Assembly: GCA_964535935.1 (NCBI GenBank)
Contig: CAZHWM010000021.1
Coordinates: 3,903-67,902, forward strand
Origin: an uncultured Planctomycetales bacterium
GTDB lineage: Bacteria > Omnitrophota > Gorgyraeia > Zapsychrales > Zapsychraceae
DNA: 64,000 bases
Direction: 5' to 3'
This document shows positions 19,637 to 27,174 of this stretch, piece after piece. The notes under the pieces were generated by a model. That model did not search any database and was not told the DNA's origin. It saw only the letters and a program-made list of their open reading frames with translations. The translations under genes were made by a program, and so were the position numbers. Numbering within the stretch: the first letter of the stretch is position 1; each line of letters starts with the position of its first letter.

Positions 19637-20360
19637 GGTATTGGTGTGTCCTATAGCATATAATGAAAATGTAAAATTAAAACGTGCAATTGAACGTTTT
19701 CTTGATAGTGGAGCACGCGCATATGCAGATTATCTTATTATTGATGATGCATCAGATGATGGTACTACAGAGATGATACAGTCATTTGCAAAGCGAGGAG
19801 TCAAGACAATTAGGCATCCTGAGCGAAGGGGGGTTGGGGCTGCGATAAGAACAGCAATACGGTATGCTCAAAAGAAAGGTTACAAAATATTGGTCATTAT
19901 GGCAGGTAATGATAAAGATGATCCTTTGCAGATACCAAGGCTTATAGAGCCTATTTTAAATGAAGGATATGATTTTGTACAGGGCTCCAGGTATAAAGGC
20001 AAGGTAGGAATTGGAGGAGATATGCCTTTTTATAGAAAGATAGCGACAAGGATGCATCCTATGATAATGTCAGCTATAACAGGAAGAAAGGTTACAGATT
20101 CAACAAATGGATTTCGGGCATTTAGTTTGTCTATTTTTGAAGATAAAAGGATAGATATAGCTCAAAAGTGGCTTAATGAATATGAATTAGAACCATATTT
20201 ACTTTATAAAGTAATTACACTTGGCTATAAATTTACAGAAGCCCCTGTGACAAAGATATATCCACCTAAAGAATTAGGATATACAAAGATGAGGCCATTT
20301 ACAGGGTGGTGGAGTATTTTGAGGCCTTTATTTTTTCTTGGTTTAGGCATTAAAAAATAG
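19629..20360 (+). CDS. family 2 glycosyltransferase, polyprenyl-phosphate sugar synthase-like (DPM1/ArnC/GtrB-like)
   Basis: 243 aa, RBS ggagg. GT-A motifs YLIIDDASDDGT and GFRAF. Confidence 0.8.
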   Translation: MHRVLVCPIAYNENVKLKRAIERFLDSGARAYADYLIIDDASDDGTTEMIQSFAKRGVKTIRHPERRGVGAAIRTAIRYAQKKGYKILVIMAGNDKDDPLQIPRLIEPILNEGYDFVQGSRYKGKVGIGGDMPFYRKIATRMHPMIMSAITGRKVTDSTNGFRAFSLSIFEDKRIDIAQKWLNEYELEPYLLYKVITLGYKFTEAPVTKIYPPKELGYTKMRPFTGWWSILRPLFFLGLGIKK

Positions 20361-20361
20361 T

Positions 20362-20430
20362 ATTCTGCACAATTTAACCTTGTTGATTTGTGAAAAATGC
20401 ACAAATCAACAAGGTTAAATTGTGCAGAAT
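20362..20430. repeat. palindromic repeat, copy B (inverted doublet, perfect 31-bp arms)
   Basis: attctgcacaatttaaccttgttgatttgtg (20362-20392), spacer aaaaatg, then cacaaatcaacaaggttaaattgtgcagaat (20400-20430). The arms are exact reverse complements. Starts 2 nt after the GT2 stop codon. Confidence 0.9.
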
Positions 20431-20459
20431 GTTAAAGGGGAGGGGAAAGTGACTTAGTT

Positions 20460-21200
20460 ATGAGGTTGTTTGGAAAGAATCCTGTTATAGAAAGGTTGCG
20501 TAGGAATCCGTCAAGTATACGAAAGATCTATCTCCAGCAGGGATATGGATCTGCTGGCTATATTTATAAAAAAGCAAAACAGTGGAATATTCCTGTTCTG
20601 TCAGTACCTAAGACAAAAATTGTAAAGATAGCGAGAAATACTAATACTCAAGGGATACTGGCAGATGTTGATGAGTTTGTATATTGTCAGTTAAATGAGG
20701 TTTTGGATATATCGGTTAAAAAAGGGCGATCTTTAATTTTTTTAGATAGGCTTAGTGATCCGCAGAATTTGGGTGCTATTATACGTGGGTTGGCATGTCT
20801 GGGAGGATTTTCTGTGGTATTGCCAACCCATGATTCAGTGCAGGTAACAGAGGCTGTTTTACGAGTTGCTTCTGGTGGAGAGAATTATGTGCCTATAGCA
20901 AGGGTTGCTAATCTTGCTAATGCTATTAGGAAGACTAAGGAGTCAGGTTTTTATATCGTCGGTGCTGTTGTAAGTGGTGGGGAACGATTAACAGGGTTGC
21001 GATTGCCATATCCTATAAGTATAGTGATTGGTTCTGAACAAAAGGGGATAAGACCGCGTATACAGGAGTTACTGGATTTAAAGGTCACAATTCCTATGCA
21101 TGCGTCTACTTTGTCTTTTAATGTTTCGCATGCAACAACAATATTTTGCTATGAAATTACAAGACAAAAACAGACATATAGGCAGGAAAGAAAAGCCTAA
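20460..21200 (+). CDS. rlmB: SpoU/TrmH-family 23S rRNA 2'-O-ribose methyltransferase (RlmB-like)
   Basis: 246 aa. N-terminal substrate-binding subdomain, then SpoU motifs DPQNLGAIIRG, IVIGSEQKGIRP and SLNVSHAT-like LSFNVSHAT. Confidence 0.75.
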   Translation: MRLFGKNPVIERLRRNPSSIRKIYLQQGYGSAGYIYKKAKQWNIPVLSVPKTKIVKIARNTNTQGILADVDEFVYCQLNEVLDISVKKGRSLIFLDRLSDPQNLGAIIRGLACLGGFSVVLPTHDSVQVTEAVLRVASGGENYVPIARVANLANAIRKTKESGFYIVGAVVSGGERLTGLRLPYPISIVIGSEQKGIRPRIQELLDLKVTIPMHASTLSFNVSHATTIFCYEITRQKQTYRQERKA

Positions 21201-21771
21201 TTGGGATAAAGCTCTGGAGTTTTTTGCTGAGGCAGGTTTGTTGAAACATGTCAGGCGAACTGGATGGTGGGTTGCAGGGATAAAGGATCCTGAGACAGTG
21301 GCAGAACATTCTTTTAGATGCGCGGTTATAGGATATTATTTAGCTCATTTGGAAGAGGCTGATCCTTTTAAGGTAGTGATAATGGCATTGTTTAATGATA
21401 TTCATGAAGCTAGAATTAATGACTTGCATAAGATGGGACATTTTTATATAGATTTTAAAAAAGCAGAAAAAAAGGCCTTTTCTGATCAGATAGAAGGATT
21501 GGATAAAACAGTCAGAAAGCAGATGCATGTATTAAGAGAAGATTATGATGGTCAATTAACAAAGGAGGCAATTATAGCAAGGGATGCCGATATTTTAGAA
21601 TGTCTTTTACAGGCTAAGGAATATTATGATTCAGGCTATAATAAGGCTGTAAAATTTTTTAAAAAGGCACCGTCATTTTTAAAAACCGATTCTGCAAAAC
21701 AGATATGGAGGCGTATAAAGACATGGGATAGTAGTAAGTGGTGGGAAGATGTTGTCAAATTCGAGAGATGA
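21151..21771 (+). CDS. HD-domain hydrolase (YfbR/HD_3-like)
   Basis: Pattern VAEHSFR...ALFNDIHEARINDL...RDADILE. The usual HD dyad appears to read ND and needs a real alignment. The start is uncertain: ATG 21151 or 21100, and both overlap the rlmB-like gene. Confidence 0.65.
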   Translation: MKLQDKNRHIGRKEKPNWDKALEFFAEAGLLKHVRRTGWWVAGIKDPETVAEHSFRCAVIGYYLAHLEEADPFKVVIMALFNDIHEARINDLHKMGHFYIDFKKAEKKAFSDQIEGLDKTVRKQMHVLREDYDGQLTKEAIIARDADILECLLQAKEYYDSGYNKAVKFFKKAPSFLKTDSAKQIWRRIKTWDSSKWWEDVVKFER

Positions 21772-22567
21772 TAAATATAGATATTTTTTGTTCAGCAGAT
21801 GGTGTGGTTGTAGACTTAGGAAATTTCTTTTTATTTTATTCCTTGTAGCTTTATCCGGATGTGCCTTTATAGGTAGTTATAACCCAGCTACTGGTCGACG
21901 GGAATTTATTGCTATATCTACTCCCACAGAGGTAAGGATGGGGAGGGATATACATCAGCGGCTTTTGAGAGAGTATGAATTTGTTATTAGAGGAGGATTG
22001 CTTAACAGGGTTCGTTCTATTGGCGCAAGACTTGCAGCGGTTTCAGATAGGAAGGATTATAAATATAATTTTTATGTAATAAAGAAAGATGAAATGAATG
22101 CATTTACCACACCAGGGGGGAATATATATATTTTTACTGGGCTTTTGAATAAATTGAAGGATGACAATCAAATAGCTGCTGTTATTGCTCATGAAATGGG
22201 ACATTGTGCAGCAAGACATGTAGTTAAGAAGTTTCAGGCTATTTTAGGGTATGATTTATTAGGTAGTTTTATTTTATCTAATATAGGCTTGAGTCCATAT
22301 GCAAGAAGTATTGCAAGATTAAGTTCGTCTGCTGTAATGAGATTAGTTTCTTCTGCCTATAGTAGACATGATGAGTATGAAGCGGATAGGTTAGGGGTTA
22401 AATATATGCGATTGGCAGGGTTCAATCCTCAAGGGATGGTGGAGGTATTAAAGATATTAAAGAAGACATCAAGAGAACCGGGTGGGTTAATTATTCTTCG
22501 TAGTCATCCGTATTTAAAGGATAGGATTATAGCAGTTCAGCATGAGATTCTGTGCAGCAAGGAATAA
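21749..22567 (+). CDS. M48-family zinc metallopeptidase lipoprotein
   Basis: 272 aa. Lipobox LSGC, zinc motif AHEMGHCAARH, downstream EYEADRLG. Confidence 0.85.
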   Translation: MLSNSRDDKYRYFLFSRWCGCRLRKFLFILFLVALSGCAFIGSYNPATGRREFIAISTPTEVRMGRDIHQRLLREYEFVIRGGLLNRVRSIGARLAAVSDRKDYKYNFYVIKKDEMNAFTTPGGNIYIFTGLLNKLKDDNQIAAVIAHEMGHCAARHVVKKFQAILGYDLLGSFILSNIGLSPYARSIARLSSSAVMRLVSSAYSRHDEYEADRLGVKYMRLAGFNPQGMVEVLKILKKTSREPGGLIILRSHPYLKDRIIAVQHEILCSKE

Positions 22568-22605
22568 TGTTGTTTGGAGAATAGGTTTTTGGGAAGGTTT
22601 ATTTT

Positions 22606-22920
22606 ATGAAAAGAATTGGTATTGCAGCAAGCAAGATATCAAAAGGTAATTTGGTAATCTATAATTTAATGGTGGTTTTATTGTCTTTTTTATTTTCCTT
22701 ATTTATTTTTTTGATATCAGGTTGTGCTGTTCTTTTGGCCCTTACGATTATAGCTTATATTGCTAGCGGACTTATGCCTCAAGGGTATGAGAGGTTTTGT
22801 TCTTTTTTGTTTGTAGTGTGTATGGCCTCTCTTACAGTAGTGGTTACTATTTTTACTGTTATGGTGATATTGCGTAATATAAGAGTTAAAATATCAGGTT
22901 ATTCAACAAAGGTGAAATAA
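22606..22920 (+). CDS. small integral membrane protein, unknown function
   Basis: 104 aa, three hydrophobic helices. Ends 1 nt before the hybrid kinase gene. Confidence 0.4.
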   Translation: MKRIGIAASKISKGNLVIYNLMVVLLSFLFSLFIFLISGCAVLLALTIIAYIASGLMPQGYERFCSFLFVVCMASLTVVVTIFTVMVILRNIRVKISGYSTKVK

Positions 22921-22921
22921 T

Positions 22922-24880
22922 ATGGAGAAAAAATCGCCCCATATTGATTTTGAAAATCTTGTTAATAGTCTAAAGATAGGTGTGTATCAATCTGTATCAG
23001 GACTTACTGGTAGATTTGTTTATGTGAATAATACTATATGTGAAATGTTCGGTATAAGTCATGAAACATTTTCAAATATGAAAGTACGTGACATTTTTGT
23101 GGAAAAAGAAGCATTGATTAATTTTAATAAAAGGATGCTTAAATATGGAGAGGTTAGAGGGTATGAGGCAATGCTTGTTGGCCCCAAAAAGAATCCTTTT
23201 TGGGCAATATTATCCGGGACGTGTATCAAAGATAAATCTTTAGGTAAGAAATTATTTAACGTTGTTGTTGAGGATATTTCAGTTCAAAAGAAATTTGAGA
23301 AAGAGCTGTTCGAGTCAAGAGATTTGTTTAGGGTGGTTTTTGATAATACTGCAGCAGCTATTACAGTAACAGATAAGACCGAGAAGATTGTTGCATGGAA
23401 TCCGTTTACAGAGAAGTTGCTTGGTATGAGAAAAGAAGATTTATTTAATAAACCTGTTAAGGAGTTATATCCACCACGAGAATGGCGTAGAATGCGGGCA
23501 TTTCGTATACGAAAGAAGGGTATGTTGACTGATATTGAAACACAGATATATCGTAAAGATGGTAGTCTTATTGATGTAAATGTATCTATCTCTGTGGTCA
23601 AGGATTGGGAAGGGAATATAGCCGGTTCTATTGGTATTATAAGAGATATAACTGAACGTAAGCGGACTCAGAAGATGTTACTGCAGGCTAAGCTTGCAGC
23701 AGAAGAGGCTAATAGGGCTAAGTCGTTGTTTTTGGCAAATATGTCGCATGAGGTACGTACTCCTATGAATACTATTATAGGTATGATCGATCTTAGTTTG
23801 GATTCTTCTCTTAATCAGGAACAGAGAGAGAATCTTTTTGTCGCTAAAGAGGCTGCTGATAATTTGTTGGGATTGTTGAACGATATATTGGATTTATCCA
23901 GAGTGGAAGCAGGTAAGATTGTTTTGGAGAAAATAGCATTTAATATTCGTTCTCTAACAAAGACTGTTTCTAAGGGTATGATGGTTATTGCAAAAAATAA
24001 GGATATTAATCTTATTATAAAAGTAGCAGAAGATGTCCCTGAGGTTATTTGTGGCGATCCTACTCGTTTAAGACAGATTTTAATTAATTTATTGAATAAT
24101 GCTATTAAATTTACTCCTAGCGGAGATATTGTTACAGAGATAAAGATTGTTTCAAAGAGAAATAAGAAGGTATGTTTGCAGTTTATGGTTGAAGATAAGG
24201 GAATAGGTATACCAAAGGATAGGCAAGAAAAGATATTTGAGGTTTTTACTCAAGCAGATGATTCAACAACACGTAGATTTGGAGGCACAGGGTTGGGATT
24301 GGCTATTTGTAAAAGACTTGTTGAGATGATGGGAGGTCGTATCTGGGTAGAGAGTGAGGAAGGTAAAGGAAGTAGGTTTTATTTTACTGCCAATTTTACC
24401 TTGCCATCTGTAAGAGAAAAACAAAAAGATATTATGTGTGAAGAAAGGGATAGTATTTATTTTGATAAGGTATATAGGCAACTTAAAGGTGTACGAGTTC
24501 TTGTTGCTGAGGATAATATTGTAAATCAAAGAATGATGGTTAGGATACTTGAAAAATATGGTATAGTAGTTGAGGTTGCATGTAATGGTGCAGAGGTTGT
24601 AGAACGTGTTTTTAAGGAGGCTTTTGATTTGGTTTTGATGGATGGTCATATGCCTATATTAGATGGGCTTCAAGCTACAAAGAAGATACGAGAAAAGGAA
24701 AAAGAAATAGGGGGGCATATCCCTATTATTGCTATGACAGCGCGTGCGATGCAGGATGACCGACAAAAATATATAGATGGAGGCATGGATGGATATGTTT
24801 CAAAACCAATTGATAGGAAGAAACTGATTTTGGAAATATGGCATCATATAAAGATTAAGAAAGGAAGAGGAAATGAGTGA
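22922..24880 (+). CDS. hybrid sensor histidine kinase/response regulator with two PAS domains
   Basis: 652 aa. PAS regions, H-box SHEVRTPMNTIIGM, N-box LINLLNNAIKFT, G-boxes DKGIGIP and GGTGLGLAICK. C-terminal receiver VLVAEDN..DLVLMDGHMPILDG..SKP. Confidence 0.9.
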   Translation: MEKKSPHIDFENLVNSLKIGVYQSVSGLTGRFVYVNNTICEMFGISHETFSNMKVRDIFVEKEALINFNKRMLKYGEVRGYEAMLVGPKKNPFWAILSGTCIKDKSLGKKLFNVVVEDISVQKKFEKELFESRDLFRVVFDNTAAAITVTDKTEKIVAWNPFTEKLLGMRKEDLFNKPVKELYPPREWRRMRAFRIRKKGMLTDIETQIYRKDGSLIDVNVSISVVKDWEGNIAGSIGIIRDITERKRTQKMLLQAKLAAEEANRAKSLFLANMSHEVRTPMNTIIGMIDLSLDSSLNQEQRENLFVAKEAADNLLGLLNDILDLSRVEAGKIVLEKIAFNIRSLTKTVSKGMMVIAKNKDINLIIKVAEDVPEVICGDPTRLRQILINLLNNAIKFTPSGDIVTEIKIVSKRNKKVCLQFMVEDKGIGIPKDRQEKIFEVFTQADDSTTRRFGGTGLGLAICKRLVEMMGGRIWVESEEGKGSRFYFTANFTLPSVREKQKDIMCEERDSIYFDKVYRQLKGVRVLVAEDNIVNQRMMVRILEKYGIVVEVACNGAEVVERVFKEAFDLVLMDGHMPILDGLQATKKIREKEKEIGGHIPIIAMTARAMQDDRQKYIDGGMDGYVSKPIDRKKLILEIWHHIKIKKGRGNE

Positions 24881-25223
24881 TAATATTTTTGATTTACAGG
24901 AGTTTATGGAACGGGTCCAGAATGATAAGGGATTGTTGTTGGAATTATTAGATATCTTTACAGAGGATTATAAAACCAAAAGACAACTTTTATCAGAGGC
25001 CATTGATAAACAGGATTATGAACAGGTTAGAAGTATCGCCCATTCATTAAAGGGAGCAACAGGGAATATATCTGCCAAGGTACTAAGAGAGACTTTTAAT
25101 CAGATAGAGAATATGGCGAAGGCAGAAAATCTTGAAGGTATAGATAGGATTCTTGTTGTATTAGATAGTCAGTATGAAGAACTTAAGAGCCGTATTGATG
25201 CTGTAAGGACTGAGGGAAAGTAA
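24873..25223 (+). CDS. Hpt (histidine phosphotransfer) domain protein
   Basis: 116 aa. Overlaps the hybrid kinase stop by 8 nt. Hpt signature AHSLKGATGNISA. Confidence 0.85.
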   Translation: MSDNIFDLQEFMERVQNDKGLLLELLDIFTEDYKTKRQLLSEAIDKQDYEQVRSIAHSLKGATGNISAKVLRETFNQIENMAKAENLEGIDRILVVLDSQYEELKSRIDAVRTEGK

Positions 25224-25240
25224 GCAGAAGGTAAACAGAG

Positions 25241-25936
25241 ATGTCGGTTACTGTTAAGATGATTATATCTATAGGGCTCTTTCTTATTTTTTTGCTTCTT
25301 TTGTTGCTTTTTTTGTTCCCTACAGAAGAACGTAGACGTAAGAGGAAAAAAAAGAAAAAGACTTCTCTTTCTCAGGAACAGAAAGATTGGAAACAGGCAG
25401 CGTTACGTATGGAGAGGCATATACGTGTTTTGAAGGAAGAAATACATCGTATGCAAGTTAGGGAGAAAGAAAAGGAACGACAGATTTTAATAGAAAAGGC
25501 CCGTAATAAAAAATATCAGGAACGACTTGCCCAGGAGAAGGAATGGCATAGAAAAGAAGAAGATTATGTAGTTAAGAAGACAAAAGAATTTGAACAACTT
25601 AAAAAAGAGCTAGCAGACTTACATGAAATTTATGCAGAGGAACATTCTACAAACTTGCACCAAAAACGAGAACTTCAAGAGTTAAGGAAAGAAGTAGATA
25701 GACTTAATGAGATTAGGTTATCTTTGGAATTGGAAAATTCAAGGTTGAAGACACAGATTGAAGAACAACGGAAAGAGATTTTGCAGCTACGTTCTGATGT
25801 TATAAGGTTGACTAAGAAAGAAAATGATGTGCAGTGGATAGCTAAGTCTGAATACAAAAAATTAGAACGGCAATTAAGAGAGACAGAAAAAGAATTGGAA
25901 AGGATAAAAAGGCGTTTGGATGCACAGGGAGTCTAA
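25241..25936 (+). CDS. membrane-anchored coiled-coil protein
   Basis: 231 aa. N-terminal TM helix, poly-basic RRRKRKKKKK stretch, then E/K/R/L-rich heptad-like sequence to the C-terminus. Confidence 0.5.
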   Translation: MSVTVKMIISIGLFLIFLLLLLLFLFPTEERRRKRKKKKKTSLSQEQKDWKQAALRMERHIRVLKEEIHRMQVREKEKERQILIEKARNKKYQERLAQEKEWHRKEEDYVVKKTKEFEQLKKELADLHEIYAEEHSTNLHQKRELQELRKEVDRLNEIRLSLELENSRLKTQIEEQRKEILQLRSDVIRLTKKENDVQWIAKSEYKKLERQLRETEKELERIKRRLDAQGV

Positions 25937-27131
25937 GAAGTCAGGAATATTTGCTCATAGAACAGATTGGGAGCTTTCATTAAATCCAATAGCAAACACA
26001 CTCAACAGGATAAGAGACACAGGAGTTGAGGTAATAGATCTTACTATATCCAACCCAACACAGGTAAATTTTTACTATCCACAAGATATATTAAGGGCAT
26101 TAAATAAGAAAGAAAATTTAGTATATCTGCCAGTAGCAAAGGGAATCCTTCCTGCAAGAGAGGCTGTATGTAGTTATTATGCCCAAAAAGGAATAGATGT
26201 GTCAGTAGAGAATATTTTTCTTACCTGCTCTACCTCAGAAGCATATGCTTTCCTATTTAGGTTGCTTGCTGCCCCAGGAGATAGTATATTATTTCCTAGG
26301 CCGAGTTATCCTTTATTTGATTTTCTTGCAAGGATAAATGATGTGAATTTATCTTTTTATACGTTAAAATATAGTGATGGCTGGTTTTTGTCACAAGAAA
26401 AATTTAAAGAATGTTTGATAGGTAATCGAGCGGTTGTTATTGTAAATCCTAATAATCCTACAGGTTCATTTTTAACCAGAGAAGAGATAGACTTTGTTAG
26501 TGTCGAATGCATACGCAATGATATCCCGATTATATCTGATGAAGTGTTTGCTGATTACATTTTTAATTATAAGTCAGATGAGAGAGTATTTTCAACGTTT
26601 ATAGGCAATAAAGATGTACTTACATTTACATTAGGTGGCTTGTCCAAGGCCTTAGGGCTCCCACAGATGAAGGTTTCATGGATTATTGTAGACGGCCCTC
26701 ATGATTATGTTAAGGAAGCAATAGCAAGGCTTGAGGTTATTGCTGATACTTTTTTGTCAGTAAATATTGCTTCACAGAATGCATTATTTGATTGGTTCAA
26801 GATAAGTAGTTACATTCAGAACCAGATTCTTGATAGAGTGCGTAACAATTATGCAATATTAGCCCATGCATGTCAGGAGACTGAGAGATGTGAATGTTTT
26901 ATGATTGAAGGCGGCTGGTATGCTGTAATAAAGCTTAAGGTGAGGGATAATTTTGACGAAGAGGAATTTGTTATTGATTTGTTAGAAGATCAAAATGTAT
27001 TTGTTCATCCAGGATATTTTTTTGATTTTGATGAGAATGGTTATATGGTTATAAGCCTTTTGCCTCAGGGAGAGCATATGAAAGAAGGGATTTCTCGTCT
27101 TATGTCACAAATCAACAAGATTAAATTGTGA
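25920..27131 (+). CDS. class I/II pyridoxal-phosphate-dependent aminotransferase
   Basis: 403 aa. Motifs VIVNPNNPTGSF and PLP-lysine context GGLSKALGLPQMKVSW. The last 8 codons and the stop lie inside repeat copy C. Confidence 0.85.
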   Translation: MHRESKKSGIFAHRTDWELSLNPIANTLNRIRDTGVEVIDLTISNPTQVNFYYPQDILRALNKKENLVYLPVAKGILPAREAVCSYYAQKGIDVSVENIFLTCSTSEAYAFLFRLLAAPGDSILFPRPSYPLFDFLARINDVNLSFYTLKYSDGWFLSQEKFKECLIGNRAVVIVNPNNPTGSFLTREEIDFVSVECIRNDIPIISDEVFADYIFNYKSDERVFSTFIGNKDVLTFTLGGLSKALGLPQMKVSWIIVDGPHDYVKEAIARLEVIADTFLSVNIASQNALFDWFKISSYIQNQILDRVRNNYAILAHACQETERCECFMIEGGWYAVIKLKVRDNFDEEEFVIDLLEDQNVFVHPGYFFDFDENGYMVISLLPQGEHMKEGISRLMSQINKIKL

Positions 27132-27137
27132 CATAAG
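27099..27137. repeat. 39-bp palindromic repeat, copy C (singlet)
   Basis: cttatgtcacaa-atcaacaagattaaa-ttgtgacataag, with 12-bp perfect outer arms. The core cacaaatcaacaagattaaattgtg is 24/25 identical to the right arm of copy B. Confidence 0.85.
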
Positions 27138-27174
27138 CATAAGAATAAGAGCTTAAATAACAAAAGGAAGATAG

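Noticed and set aside
21100-21150. A long 5' extension of the HD-domain ORF overlapping the rlmB-like gene by 101 nt. It could be a gene fusion or frameshift.
   Set aside because: The extension (MRLLCLLMFRMQQQYFA) has no domain content. The rlmB-like frame is intact to its own stop. An internal ATG (21151) gives a shorter overlap, so this is most simply start-codon ambiguity rather than a frameshift or fusion.
25346-25353. An A8 homopolymer inside the coiled-coil protein gene. It could be a phase-variation or ribosomal slippage site.
   Set aside because: The reading frame is intact through it. It simply encodes the poly-Lys juxtamembrane stretch (RRRKRKKKKK). There is no alternative-frame ORF of note downstream.
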